This document shows, in pieces, positions 1 through 9,827 of a stretch of DNA of 64,000 bases. The notes beneath the pieces were generated by a model. That model did no database searches, was not told where the DNA came from, and saw only the letters and a program-made list of their open reading frames with translations. Positions within the stretch are counted from its first letter, which is position 1. Every line of letters begins with the position of its first letter. The DNA is taken from contig CAXXGJ010000025.1 of the NCBI GenBank assembly GCA_963677895.2, positions 288,001 through 352,000 of the forward strand, given 5' to 3'. Both the position numbers and the translations under genes were made by a program. The DNA comes from Treponemataceae bacterium (GTDB lineage: Bacteria; Spirochaetota; Spirochaetia; Treponematales; Rectinemataceae).

Positions 1-2
1 TC

Positions 3-2474
3 ATCGCCGACAACTATTTCGGCTATTCCAAAAAGGAAATCAAGGCGCATATTTCCTACTCGGCCAACCTCCTGGGCCTTGCCGAAGAGGAACACGCCGG
101 CGGAGCCCTGGTTTTCCCCTCCTATAACCACGGCACCCGCTTCGTACCCGACACCAACCTCAATTCCCGCGGTCACAACATCCAGACCGTATTCGAACTG
201 ATGAGAGGGAGGATCGAGGAAAAACCCGAAGGCTATGCCGTCGACCTTACCTATCCCAATATCGTCTATGTTCCCGAAAACGCCTACATATCCCTTGAGG
301 ACCAGAAGGCGCACTGGATCTGGGAAGGCAAGGAACAATCCCTGCGCATCCTTCCCGGCGAAGTGTATGTCCACCCGACAGGCTATCGGGTCCATATGGA
401 ACGCCATCCCGGCTCGGGCGCCTGGAGGCTTATCGGCACGACGGCGGAAGGCCTGCTCTGCCATAAACCCTGCACGGTATCGGGAGGGGGAAAGTCGGAG
501 ATCGCCAAATCGATAACCGATGCCATAACCTATTCGCCCATCACCATCGCGGATTTCCACGAAGACATGAAAGCGGTGAAAGCCATCATCGAAAAGGATT
601 ACGGCAACAGGTTCAAGGACGAAAACGAAAACCACGGCAAGGATTCCCGGCAGATTTTCTCGTCGCAGCGTTCCCTCGGATCGGTGATCAAGCTGCTCTC
701 CCCTTCGCCCCTCTACAAGGACGAATACAATGCCTGGCTGAAATCCCTTCCCGAGCGGATCAAAAGCCTCGTTTTCCTCGTCAAGCGCTTCTATACCCCC
801 GATTGGGGCGACGACTGGATGTCGCATTTTTCCGTCGATGTCGTCAACGGCACCACCGGCAATATCCTGAAATTCGAGGACAGGCCGGTACTCGGCTCAT
901 ACTTGCGCGTAGGCAGGGATCCCCATGGCCTGCGCAGGACCTTCAAGCTGCGCCAGGACTACATGCCCGCCGAAAAGAGACAGTGGGAGGACGATATCAC
1001 CGCCTCCGTCGTCGTGCCCACAAAGGCGCTGAAAAATCTTCCCGCCTGGGCGGAACGCTATTCCAGCCTCAAGTTCTGCAGGAACGCGGAAGCCCGTTTC
1101 TTCCAGAGACCGGACGATGCCGTCATCCGCGGTTACGACAAGCAGGCCGAGAAGGATATGTCGCGTCAGGACAACTTCATAAGCAATTTCGAGCCGCTGA
1201 CCAGGGCTCACGCCGCGCAGTTCATCGAAAAGACGGTGCAGTTCTCCGAATACACCGACGCGATGCGCTTCTTCATCGAAGCGGCGGAGGCGGATCCTCA
1301 TTTCGAATACTTCGTGGCTTCGGACTACCCAAGGCTCGTAAACGGCTCGCCTTCCAAGAATCCGCGCTATCTCCAGCTGGACCCGAACTATACGAATCCC
1401 CAGGCCCGCTATCTGGCCGATCTGGGACCGAGGCTCTACCGAAGAGTGGAAGCCGACAAGCCTCTCCTTCATCCGGTGGGCGCCGTGCTTCCCGGTCGCA
1501 GGAACAATCCCGCCGATCCCAAGGCCGGCATCAGGCCGCTCGCCGTCTACGGCCCCATCCATTACCAGGACTTGCCCGAACTTTTCATGGACTTCGTCTG
1601 CTCGCTCACGGGGAAAAGCCCCTCCACGACGGGAGCGGGAAGCGAGGGAGCGCTCACGAAGGGCCCCTTCAACCCCCTCGTGCCCACCACCGACCTCAAC
1701 AATGCCCTGCTGGCCTTCATCCTGACTGGTTACGCGGGCTTCACGACGGCAGCCGGCTACATCGGGCGACAGTACAAGGTGGATCACGATATTTCCCTCC
1801 TCATACCCGAGCTTTGGGCACGTCTTTCCCCCGAAGAGCGCGATCCCGATTTCCTCAAGGAACATGGCTATCTCGAAAGAGTGGAAGACTTCGGCTACGA
1901 AGGCAGGATGATACCCGCGTCGCGCCTGGGCTGGAGAATCACGCCGCTTTTCGCGGCCACCTACCTGGGAAGGCTCTTCGATACGCCGGCTTCGGTCTTC
2001 CCCGAGGAAATGCTGCGCCCCGAGCTGCAGTCCCTCCCCGAGTTCGTGGATGGCGTCGAGAATATTGCCGAGGCGATGGAAAAATCGGCCAAAGCCTATC
2101 TGGAAGACGGATCCATAGAAGCCGCCATTCCGCCGCTCAAGGCGGTGCTCTCGGTGATGGCGACAGGCTCCATCGACGGCAAAAGCATCCACGATCCCGA
2201 GGTGCGGCGTCTTTTCGACAGGGACTGCGTGCTTGCCTCGGACTGGTACAAAAACAGGCTCGTCAACTACCGGGGACAGGAAGTCGCCTATATCGAAAAG
2301 TCCATCGTCTATATACGCAACTACCTCGCGGAAAAGGCCGAACCGAAAAGCCTCTCGGCCCGACGCGCCCAGGTGGAACTGACGAGGGCCAAGGAGCGGC
2401 TGGAACAGCTTATGACGAAGGATTATCTGGAATTCGTGAGCGGATCCATCGGCAAGGATACGCTGTTCGTCTGA
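3..2474 (+). CDS. PPi-dependent phosphoenolpyruvate carboxykinase (PEP carboxytransphosphorylase), 5' end outside window
   Basis: Frame is open from base 3 (IADNYFGYSKKEIK...GLAEEEHAGGAL) into the 757-aa ORF; motifs CHKPCTVSGGGKSEIAKS, FQRPDDA and TGKSPSTTGAGSEGALTKGPFN are characteristic of PPi-type PEPCK. Confidence 0.85.
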   Translation: MADNYFGYSKKEIKAHISYSANLLGLAEEEHAGGALVFPSYNHGTRFVPDTNLNSRGHNIQTVFELMRGRIEEKPEGYAVDLTYPNIVYVPENAYISLEDQKAHWIWEGKEQSLRILPGEVYVHPTGYRVHMERHPGSGAWRLIGTTAEGLLCHKPCTVSGGGKSEIAKSITDAITYSPITIADFHEDMKAVKAIIEKDYGNRFKDENENHGKDSRQIFSSQRSLGSVIKLLSPSPLYKDEYNAWLKSLPERIKSLVFLVKRFYTPDWGDDWMSHFSVDVVNGTTGNILKFEDRPVLGSYLRVGRDPHGLRRTFKLRQDYMPAEKRQWEDDITASVVVPTKALKNLPAWAERYSSLKFCRNAEARFFQRPDDAVIRGYDKQAEKDMSRQDNFISNFEPLTRAHAAQFIEKTVQFSEYTDAMRFFIEAAEADPHFEYFVASDYPRLVNGSPSKNPRYLQLDPNYTNPQARYLADLGPRLYRRVEADKPLLHPVGAVLPGRRNNPADPKAGIRPLAVYGPIHYQDLPELFMDFVCSLTGKSPSTTGAGSEGALTKGPFNPLVPTTDLNNALLAFILTGYAGFTTAAGYIGRQYKVDHDISLLIPELWARLSPEERDPDFLKEHGYLERVEDFGYEGRMIPASRLGWRITPLFAATYLGRLFDTPASVFPEEMLRPELQSLPEFVDGVENIAEAMEKSAKAYLEDGSIEAAIPPLKAVLSVMATGSIDGKSIHDPEVRRLFDRDCVLASDWYKNRLVNYRGQEVAYIEKSIVYIRNYLAEKAEPKSLSARRAQVELTRAKERLEQLMTKDYLEFVSGSIGKDTLFV

Positions 2475-2512
2475 GGCCAAGGATCGCGCGCGGGGTCGGG
2501 AGGTTAGTGCGA

Positions 2513-3799
2513 ATGAATGGCAACTTAGTCGTCGCGAATATCGGCGAACTGACAACCCCGCTCGGCCGCCGGGCCAGGCGCGGCGCCGAAATGGGCATTC
2601 TCCATGTGGTGAAGAACGCCGTCATCGTCGCCGAAGATGGGAAAATCGTCTATGCCGGCCCGGGGAACAGCCTCGAATGCGAAACAGCTCTCGCCAGGGC
2701 GCGCTCCGGAAACGCTTCCTGGATGGACGCGGAAGGCCGCGCATGCGTCCCCGGCTTCGTCGACAGCCATACGCACTTCATCTTCGGCGGATTCCGCGCC
2801 GATGAGTTCTTCTGGCGCGCTGAAGGTTTGCCCTACATGGAGATACATCGCAGGGGAGGCGGAATCCGCCGGACCATGGACGCGACGCGCGGCTCCTCCC
2901 TCGAAGCCCTGCTCGCCCTCGGCAATGCGCGCCTCGATACGATGCTCGGCCTGGGCGTGACGACGGTCGAGGGCAAATCAGGCTACGGCCTCGACCGCGA
3001 CACCGAGATCCGCCAGCTGGAAGCCATGGCCGCCCTAAATCGGACCCAGCCCGTCGACATCGTCCCCACCTTCATGGGGCCGCATTCCATCCCTCCAGAA
3101 TTCGCGGGGCGGCCATCCGACTACATCGACTTCGTAATAGAAAAAGTGCTGCCCGAGGTGGGAAGCCGCGGGCTCGCCAAATTCGCCGACGTTTTCTGCG
3201 AGGAAGGCGTCTTCGGCGTCGAGGATTCGCGGCGCTACCTGCTGGCCGCGCGCGCCTCGGGCCTCGGCCTCAAGCTGCACGCCGACGAAATCGTGCGCAT
3301 CGGGGGCGCCGGCCTCGCCGCCGAACTCGGGGCCACGAGCGCCGACCACCTACTCAAGGCCTCCAGGGAAGATCTCGCCGCCATGGGCGCGGCCGGCGTC
3401 ATCGCCACCTGCCTCCCCCTCACCGCCTTCACCCTGCGAGAACCCTACGCGGACGCCCGCTCCATGATAGATTCAGGCCTCGCCGTCGCCCTCGCCTCCG
3501 ATCTCAATCCGGGCTCCTGCTACAGCCAGTCCATTCCGCTGATCTTCGCCCTCGCGACACTTTATATGAAACTCAGCTTTACGGAAACGCTCACCGCCCT
3601 CACCCTCAACGGCGCCGCGGCGCTCGACCTGGCGGAGACTCGCGGATCCATCGAGCCCGGCAAAGCGGCGGACTTTCTCCTCCTGGACGCTCCGACAGCC
3701 GAACACCTCGCCTATCACGTGGGCATGAACCTCGTCGCGCGGACGATCAAGGACGGGGAAATCGCGAGTCATCGAGCCTTCTTCCGCGAAAAGACATAG
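2513..3799 (+). CDS. hutI: imidazolonepropionase
   Basis: C-terminal part of ORF 803..3799; GGAGGT SD before ATG 2513; PGFVDSHTH, GVTTVEGKSGYGL, DVFCEEGVF, KLHADE, SADHL, ASDLNPGS motifs. Confidence 0.92.
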   Translation: MNGNLVVANIGELTTPLGRRARRGAEMGILHVVKNAVIVAEDGKIVYAGPGNSLECETALARARSGNASWMDAEGRACVPGFVDSHTHFIFGGFRADEFFWRAEGLPYMEIHRRGGGIRRTMDATRGSSLEALLALGNARLDTMLGLGVTTVEGKSGYGLDRDTEIRQLEAMAALNRTQPVDIVPTFMGPHSIPPEFAGRPSDYIDFVIEKVLPEVGSRGLAKFADVFCEEGVFGVEDSRRYLLAARASGLGLKLHADEIVRIGGAGLAAELGATSADHLLKASREDLAAMGAAGVIATCLPLTAFTLREPYADARSMIDSGLAVALASDLNPGSCYSQSIPLIFALATLYMKLSFTETLTALTLNGAAALDLAETRGSIEPGKAADFLLLDAPTAEHLAYHVGMNLVARTIKDGEIASHRAFFREKT

Positions 3800-4659
3800 A
3801 GGCATACCGCGATCAGCACCCCCGCGAAAGCGACGATGAGGGCTGATGAGGGCCTTTCGCCAAAAACCACGACGCCGAGAAAAAGCTGGGAGGTCGGCGA
3901 AACATATTGTATGAATCCCATCCTCTGAAGGGTGATGGAATTCGCCGCCTTCGCGAAGAAAAGCAAGGGCACGGCGGTGATGACGCCGGCGACCGTCAGC
4001 AGCAGGGTTACGTAGATCCCCGAGTTCCAGTATGAGCCTGCCCCCGCCGAATGCCTGGCAATGAGAAAGATCAGGGCGAGAGGAAGGGCTATGAGCGTTT
4101 CCACGGTGAGACCGAGCAGAGGCTCGAATCCCAGACGTTTTTTCATCGCCCCATAGAGAGCGAAACTCAAGCCCAGCAGAATGCTTACCCAAGGCACCGA
4201 ACCGTAGGCGATGGCGGCTCCCACTATTCCGGCGGTCGCGACCAGCACGGCTGCCCTGGTCCAGCGATCCGTTTCCTCCCTGAATAAGAGCGCGCCCAGG
4301 ACAACGGACAGCAGAGGGTTTATATAGTAGCCAAGGGCTGATTCCATGACCCTGCCCGAATTGATGGCCCATATGTACAGGCCCCAGTTCGCGGTCACCA
4401 TGGCCGAGGCGCCTATGGCCATCAATAATTTTCTTTTATTCTTTAGGAGCCCCAGGATTTCGGGAAGACGGCCTTTGGCGGCTATGAGTATCAGGCAGAA
4501 TATCGCGGCCCAAAAAATCCTGTGCATCAGGATCTGCAGAGGTTCTACCGAAGACAATTGCTTCCAGAAAAGGGGAAAAAGCCCCCACATGCCATAAGCC
4601 GCGAAGGCGGCCAGAGTTCCTCCGCGCGATGCCCTGGCGTTTTTTTCATTCATTTGCAT
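3769..4659 (-). CDS. rarD: RarD-like EamA/DMT family transporter
   Basis: About 10 hydrophobic segments; YGMWGLFPLFWK, NWGLYIWA, ESALGYYINPL, GFIQYVSPT motifs; start taken at ATG 4659 (4653 is an alternative). Confidence 0.85.
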   Translation of the reverse strand: MQMNEKNARASRGGTLAAFAAYGMWGLFPLFWKQLSSVEPLQILMHRIFWAAIFCLILIAAKGRLPEILGLLKNKRKLLMAIGASAMVTANWGLYIWAINSGRVMESALGYYINPLLSVVLGALLFREETDRWTRAAVLVATAGIVGAAIAYGSVPWVSILLGLSFALYGAMKKRLGFEPLLGLTVETLIALPLALIFLIARHSAGAGSYWNSGIYVTLLLTVAGVITAVPLLFFAKAANSITLQRMGFIQYVSPTSQLFLGVVVFGERPSSALIVAFAGVLIAVCLYVFSRKKAR

Positions 4660-4665
4660 GGCTGC

Positions 4666-4695
4666 ATAATAATGTCCAAATGACGATTCAGTCGA
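4666..4695 (-). promoter_or_regulatory. putative sigma70 promoter of rarD, probably leaderless
   Basis: TCGACT-18 nt-TATTAT, then 6 nt (GCAGCC) and ATG 4659; no SD. Confidence 0.45.
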
Positions 4696-4892
4696 GTCTG
4701 GTACGCGATATACCAAGAATTTTACCAGATGAAACGAAGGATGTAAAAAATAAAGCGCGATTATATCATCCAACCAATATTCTGTCAAATTTTTTTGAAT
4801 AAAGATTGACTTCATCGCCGAGGTAGGTTTCTATCAATAAGTACAGACCGGCAAAGGAGCCGCATGGCGGCCCATAGTTTCAAGGAGGCAAC

Positions 4893-6014
4893 ATGAAACG
4901 TTTTGCTCTCGTACTTGCTCTCATCGCGCTGGCAGCGTCCGCCGCCATGGCACAGGACATCAAGATCGGAGGAGTGGGTCCCGTGACCGGCGACGCCGCG
5001 ACGTTCGGCGTATCCACGAAGAATGGCATAGTCATGGCCGTCGAGGAGTGGAATGCGAAAGGCGGCATTTTCGGCGGAAGAAAAGCCAAGCTTATCTTCG
5101 AAGACGACAAGGGCGACCCGGCCGAAGGCGCCACGGTCTACACCAAGCTCATCCAGCAGGACAACGTCGTCGCCATCATCGGCACGGTCATGTCAAAGGT
5201 TACCCTTGCCGGAGCGCCGATCGCGCAGGCTGCCGGCATCCCGATGATCAGCCCGACTTCCACGAACGAGAAAGTCACCCTCGTCGGCGACTATATCTTC
5301 CGCGCCTGCTTCATAGATCCTTTCCAGGGAACGGTAGGAGCGAGTTTCGCTTTCAAGGACCTCAAAGCCAAGAAAGCGGCGGCGATCTTCGATCTTGGCA
5401 ACGATTATACGAAAGGCCTTGCCGAAAACTTCAAGGCTACGTTCGAGAAACTGGCCGGGAAAAATTCGGTGGTCGCCTATGAGGGACACCCCTCCGGCGC
5501 AACGGATTTCAAAGCCCAGCTCACCAAGATCATCATGGCCAAGCCCGATGTCCTCTATGTTCCCGATTATTACAATGACGTCGGCCTCATCGCCAAGCAG
5601 GCCAGGGAACTCGGGTTCAAGGGCCCGATGGTCGGCGGCGATGGATGGGATTCGCCCGAACTCGTAAAGATCGGCGGAACCGCCGTGGAGAATGGATTCT
5701 TCACCAATCATTACTCCCCAGCGGACAAGCGCCCGATAGTCCAGGATTTCGTCAAGAAATACACCGCCAAATTCGGAGCCGAGCCCGACGCCCTGGCCGC
5801 TCTCGCGTATGACGCCGCGTACATCATGCTCGACGCCATAAAGCGCGCCGGATCCACCAAGGGATCGGCGATCCGCGACGCCCTGGTAAAAACTTCGCTC
5901 GACACGGTTTCCGGCAAGGTTACCTTCGACGCGAACAGGAACCCGATCAAATCCGCGGTCATCATTGAGATGAAAGGCGGGAAACAGGTTTACAAGACCA
6001 CCGTCAATCCTTGA
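4893..6014 (+). CDS. livJ: branched-chain amino acid ABC transporter substrate-binding protein (LivJ/LivK family)
   Basis: Signal peptide, AGGAGG SD, IFRACFIDPFQG, GGDGWDS, ALAYDA motifs; heads the liv operon. Confidence 0.9.
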   Translation: MKRFALVLALIALAASAAMAQDIKIGGVGPVTGDAATFGVSTKNGIVMAVEEWNAKGGIFGGRKAKLIFEDDKGDPAEGATVYTKLIQQDNVVAIIGTVMSKVTLAGAPIAQAAGIPMISPTSTNEKVTLVGDYIFRACFIDPFQGTVGASFAFKDLKAKKAAAIFDLGNDYTKGLAENFKATFEKLAGKNSVVAYEGHPSGATDFKAQLTKIIMAKPDVLYVPDYYNDVGLIAKQARELGFKGPMVGGDGWDSPELVKIGGTAVENGFFTNHYSPADKRPIVQDFVKKYTAKFGAEPDALAALAYDAAYIMLDAIKRAGSTKGSAIRDALVKTSLDTVSGKVTFDANRNPIKSAVIIEMKGGKQVYKTTVNP

Positions 6015-6025
6015 CGGAATTAAGT

Positions 6026-6062
6026 GCCGGCCGGGAGCTATTCCCGCGCCGGCGGCTTTTTT
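6026..6062 (+). terminator. hairpin plus T-run after the binding-protein gene (partial terminator/stabiliser)
   Basis: GCCGGC..GGGA-loop-TTCCC..GCCGGC followed by GGCTTTTTT. Confidence 0.55.
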
Positions 6063-6192
6063 CTCTAGGCCGCCTGTCCCGCTCTGGACAGAGCGGCCTC
6101 ATCCATATTTAATGGGTAGGGTCTTATAGGGCAAATTTAGAAAAAACGCCGGGGGATCCAGAAAATCCATCGCGCGGAAAGGGACAACCAGA

Positions 6193-7104
6193 ATGGGATC
6201 GATCTTCAACGCCCAACAAATCGTGAATGGCCTTCAAGTCGGCTCAATTTATGCGCTAATCGCCTTGGGCTATACGATGGTCTATGGCATCGTGAGGCTC
6301 ATCAACTTCGCGCACGGCGATTTCTACATGATCGGAGCATACGCTTCATACGGCGCCTTTTACCTGTTCAACGTGTTTTTCGCCGGCAAGACAGGCATAC
6401 TCGCCTTTGTCGTGCTCATCGCCTCCATGCTCGCCGGAGGCCTCATAGCGATGCTCGCCAACCGTCTCGCGTACAGGCCGCTGCGCTACAAGCCCAAGCT
6501 CTCCTCCCTCATCACCGCCATCGGCGTCTCCATGTTCCTCGAGTATTTCTTTTCCGCCCTCCCCATGATCGGTCCTTCCTACCGATCATTTCCCGACATA
6601 CTGCCGAGGGTGGAGATCGATCTGGGCATCGCGACGATATCCAATTACGTCATCATCGATATCGCCGTCGCCGCCGTCCTCATGGTGGGGCTCACCATCC
6701 TCGTCCGCTATTCCGTCCTCGGAAAGGCGATGCGCGCCGTCTCCCAGGACAAGGACGCGGCCCGGCTGATGGGCATCGATATCGAAAAAGTCATCGGCTT
6801 TACCTTCATGATAGGCGGAGCCTTCGCCGGCGTCGCGGGGCTGCTGGCCGGGATGACCTATCCCAGGATTTTCCCCTACATGGGCATCCAGCCGGGCCTC
6901 AAGGCCTTCATAGCCGCCGTTCTTGGCGGCATAGGCAGCATACCGGGCGCCGTGCTCGGGGCATATATCATGGGCCTTGCCGAAACCTTCGCCTCGGCCT
7001 ACAACTCCCTCATCGGCGAGGGAATCGCTTTCGCGATTCTCATCCTTGTCCTTCTCATCAGGCCCAGAGGCCTTCTCGGCGAAAAAACCGCCGACAAGAT
7101 TTAG
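6193..7104 (+). CDS. livH: branched-chain amino acid ABC permease
   Basis: GSIYALIALGYTMVYGIVRLINFAHG, GKAMRAVSQD, GLKAFIAAVLGGIG motifs. Confidence 0.93.
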   Translation: MGSIFNAQQIVNGLQVGSIYALIALGYTMVYGIVRLINFAHGDFYMIGAYASYGAFYLFNVFFAGKTGILAFVVLIASMLAGGLIAMLANRLAYRPLRYKPKLSSLITAIGVSMFLEYFFSALPMIGPSYRSFPDILPRVEIDLGIATISNYVIIDIAVAAVLMVGLTILVRYSVLGKAMRAVSQDKDAARLMGIDIEKVIGFTFMIGGAFAGVAGLLAGMTYPRIFPYMGIQPGLKAFIAAVLGGIGSIPGAVLGAYIMGLAETFASAYNSLIGEGIAFAILILVLLIRPRGLLGEKTADKI

Positions 7105-7113
7105 GAGCGCGCA

Positions 7114-8115
7114 ATGCCAAAGCTCAAGACGATAAAACTGCCAAAACTGCTTCTATTCGCGGCCGTTCTCTATGCCGCGATTGAAATACTGTATAAAACC
7201 GACCTGATGAACGGCTACATCCTCCATATCATAAATCAGTCGCTCATCTACGTGATTCTCGCGGTCAGCCTCAACCTCATCAACGGCATCACGGGCCAGT
7301 TCTCACTCGGGCACATGGGATTCGCCGGCGTGGGCGCCTATGTATCGGGCACCCTGACGACCCTCATTTTCAAGCTCAGCCCCTCCGCGCCGGGCGGGAT
7401 GCTTGTCTTCATCGCGAGCATCGTCGCGGGCGGCATAGCCGCCGCCATCATCGGTTTTCTCATCGGTTTCCCCTCGCTCAGGCTCAAGGGCGACTATCTG
7501 GCCATCGTCACGCTCGGTTTCGGCGAAATCATCAGGACGGTCTTCAACAACATAGACTACGTCGGCGGACCGCGCGGCCTTCTCGGCATTCCGAAGTTTT
7601 CCAACTTCACCGTGATCTTCGTCGCCGCCTTCCTGACCATCGTCATCATACGCAATCTCATCGAGTCCTCGCACGGAAGGGCAATGCTCTCCATACGCGA
7701 GAATGAGCTGGCCGCCGAACTCGTCGGCATCGATACCACAAAGTACAAGGTCCTGGCCTTCAGCATCGGCGCTTTCTTCGCCGGAATCGCGGGCGGCCTC
7801 TTCGCCCATCTCCTCCAGCTCGCTCATCCCACACAGTTCGGCTTCATCAAATCGGTGGAAGTGCTGATAATGATCTATGCCGGCGGCGTGGGCTCCATCA
7901 CCGGTTCCACGGTCGCCGCCTTCGCCCTCACCTTCCTTTCCGAAGGCCTCAGGCTCGGCATCCGCTTCGTGGCGGACACCACCGGTCTTCCGATCGGCGG
8001 CGAATGGCGAATGGTCATCTACTCGCTGCTGCTCATCTTCATAATGCTCTTCAGAACCGAAGGACTCATGGGAACGAAGGAATCCCGCTTAATAAAAATC
8101 AGGGAGGCCGACTGA
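7114..8115 (+). CDS. livM: branched-chain amino acid ABC permease
   Basis: SLNLINGITGQFSLGH, LRLKGDYLAIVTLGFGE, SIRENE motifs. Confidence 0.93.
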   Translation: MPKLKTIKLPKLLLFAAVLYAAIEILYKTDLMNGYILHIINQSLIYVILAVSLNLINGITGQFSLGHMGFAGVGAYVSGTLTTLIFKLSPSAPGGMLVFIASIVAGGIAAAIIGFLIGFPSLRLKGDYLAIVTLGFGEIIRTVFNNIDYVGGPRGLLGIPKFSNFTVIFVAAFLTIVIIRNLIESSHGRAMLSIRENELAAELVGIDTTKYKVLAFSIGAFFAGIAGGLFAHLLQLAHPTQFGFIKSVEVLIMIYAGGVGSITGSTVAAFALTFLSEGLRLGIRFVADTTGLPIGGEWRMVIYSLLLIFIMLFRTEGLMGTKESRLIKIREAD

Positions 8116-8885
8116 TGTCCGCCCAGCTCAGCATCCAAGGAATGACACACTACTTCGGCGGACTGCGCGCCGTATCCAATTTCAGCTTCGATGTCCCCCA
8201 GGGAGCCATTTATGGCCTCATCGGCCCCAATGGTTCGGGAAAGACGACGACCTTCAACCTCATCACCGGCATTTACAATCCCACCGAAGGCAAGATCCTC
8301 TTCGAAGGCAAGGATATCACCGGGGAAAAGCCCTATAAGATCGTGCGCAGCGGCATAGCGAGAACCTTCCAGAACCTCAGGATATTCTCGAACCTCACCG
8401 CTCTCGACAATATTCGGATAGCCCGGCACTACACGACGAAATCGGGAATCGCCTCCTCGATCCTCCGTCTTCCTTCCTTCATGAAGGAGGAGAAGACGGT
8501 AAAGCAGGAATCGGCCGCTCTCCTCGACCTGATGCATCTCTCGAGCAGGGCCGACGAGGAGGCCAAGAATCTCCCCTATGGCGAGCTCCGCCGGCTGGAG
8601 ATCGCGCGAGCCCTCGCCACCAAGCCCAAGCTGATCCTTCTGGACGAACCGGCCGCGGGCATGAATCCCAAGGAAGTCGAGGAGCTCATGAGTCTCATCG
8701 TCCGGATTCGCGATGAGTTCAAGGTCACGATCTTCCTCATCGAACACCATATGAAGGTCGTCATGGGCATCTGCGAATACATCAAGGTGATCGACTTCGG
8801 CGAAACCATAGCCGAAGGCATTCCCGATCTCGTCGGCAAGGACCCGAAAGTCCTGGAAGCTTATCTCGGAAAGAGGGGCGCGTAA
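8115..8885 (+). CDS. livG: branched-chain amino acid ABC ATP-binding protein
   Basis: TGATG overlap with livM; Walker A GPNGSGKTT, GIARTFQN, LDEPAAGMN, IEHHM. Confidence 0.93.
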   Translation: MSAQLSIQGMTHYFGGLRAVSNFSFDVPQGAIYGLIGPNGSGKTTTFNLITGIYNPTEGKILFEGKDITGEKPYKIVRSGIARTFQNLRIFSNLTALDNIRIARHYTTKSGIASSILRLPSFMKEEKTVKQESAALLDLMHLSSRADEEAKNLPYGELRRLEIARALATKPKLILLDEPAAGMNPKEVEELMSLIVRIRDEFKVTIFLIEHHMKVVMGICEYIKVIDFGETIAEGIPDLVGKDPKVLEAYLGKRGA

Positions 8886-9589
8886 TGCTTGTCGTTAAAA
8901 ACCTCAAAGTGAACTATGGTAAGATAGAAGCGATAAAGGATGTATCCTTCGAAGTCCCCGACGGCAAGATCGTCACCCTCATCGGCGCCAACGGCGCGGG
9001 CAAGACCACCACGCTCCGCGCCCTCTCCGGCCTTGAGAAGTGCTCGGGCGGAAGCATCCTCTTCGACGGCAAGGAAATCGCCAACGTGGACGCCCACAAG
9101 CTCGTCCCCTTGGGAATCAGCCATGTCCCCGAAGGCCGCAAGATATTCCCCACCCTGACGGTACGCGAAAACCTCGAGCTGGCCGGATGGACGATCAAGG
9201 ACAAGAAGCTCGTAAAGCAGCGCATGGAGGAAGTCTTCGACATATTCCCGCGCGTGAAGGAAAGGGCCAGCCAGCTGGGCGGGACGCTTTCCGGCGGCGA
9301 GCAGCAGATGCTGGCTGTAGGCAGGGCTCTCGTGACGGGAGGGAAGCTTCTCCTCCTGGATGAGCCTTCGATGGGTCTGGCGCCCGTCCTCGTCGACGAA
9401 ATCTTCGAGCAGATCGTCGCCATCAACAAGCGGGGCACCACCATACTGCTGGTGGAACAGAACGCCGCGGAAGCCCTCGACATAGCCGATTTCGCCTATG
9501 TCCTGGAAGTAGGCTACACGACGATCAGCGGCTCGGCCAAGGATATCGCCGCCGACCCGCGCGTCAGGGAAGCGTACTTGGGAGTATAG
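8885..9589 (+). CDS. livF: branched-chain amino acid ABC ATP-binding protein
   Basis: TAATG overlap; GANGAGKTT, VPEGRKIF, LSGGEQQM, LDEPSMGLAP, VEQN. Confidence 0.94.
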   Translation: MLVVKNLKVNYGKIEAIKDVSFEVPDGKIVTLIGANGAGKTTTLRALSGLEKCSGGSILFDGKEIANVDAHKLVPLGISHVPEGRKIFPTLTVRENLELAGWTIKDKKLVKQRMEEVFDIFPRVKERASQLGGTLSGGEQQMLAVGRALVTGGKLLLLDEPSMGLAPVLVDEIFEQIVAINKRGTTILLVEQNAAEALDIADFAYVLEVGYTTISGSAKDIAADPRVREAYLGV

Positions 9590-9622
9590 AAAAAAGGCCC
9601 CGTGGAATTCCACGGGGCCTTT
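9590..9622. terminator. bidirectional intrinsic terminator between the liv operon and the ribosomal supercluster
   Basis: Perfect 30-bp palindrome AAAGGCCCCGTGGAATTCCACGGGGCCTTT (9593-9622) with an A-run on the left, between convergent genes. Confidence 0.85.
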
Positions 9623-9640
9623 CAACATAGTATGTTTGGC

Positions 9641-9811
9641 TTATTTCTTGTTGGCGAGGGTTGCTTTGCAGGTTTTGCAGATCTTGGTCTTCTTGCCTTC
9701 GATTTCCTGCTCGTAGAGAACCTTTACGGATTCCCTCTTGCAGATGGGGCAAGTGCCGCGGCCGTGAGCCGGCGTCTCGACAAGGCCTTTCCCTCTATGC
9801 GCTTTGGACAT
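9641..9811 (-). CDS. 56-aa basic C4 zinc-ribbon protein, probable spirochaete-type extra ribosomal protein (bL38-like)
   Basis: Hand-translated: MSKAHRGKGLVETPAHGRGTCPICKRESVKVLYEQEIEGKKTKICKTCKATLANKK*; AGGAGG SD; 16 nt after the rplQ stop and before the terminator; absent from the ORF track. Confidence 0.8.
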   Translation of the reverse strand: MSKAHRGKGLVETPAHGRGTCPICKRESVKVLYEQEIEGKKTKICKTCKATLANKK

Positions 9812-9827
9812 GTTATCCTCCTGGCCT

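Noticed and set aside
803..2512. 570-codon open frame upstream of, and in frame with, hutI (998-aa ORF)
   Set aside because: Arg-rich off-frame shadow of PEPCK caused by high GC3; hutI has its own SD and ATG at 2513; no slippery site recognised
4777..4792. AATATTCTGTCAAATT as a CodY box upstream of liv
   Set aside because: About four mismatches to the consensus in AT-rich promoter DNA, and CodY is not expected in this lineage
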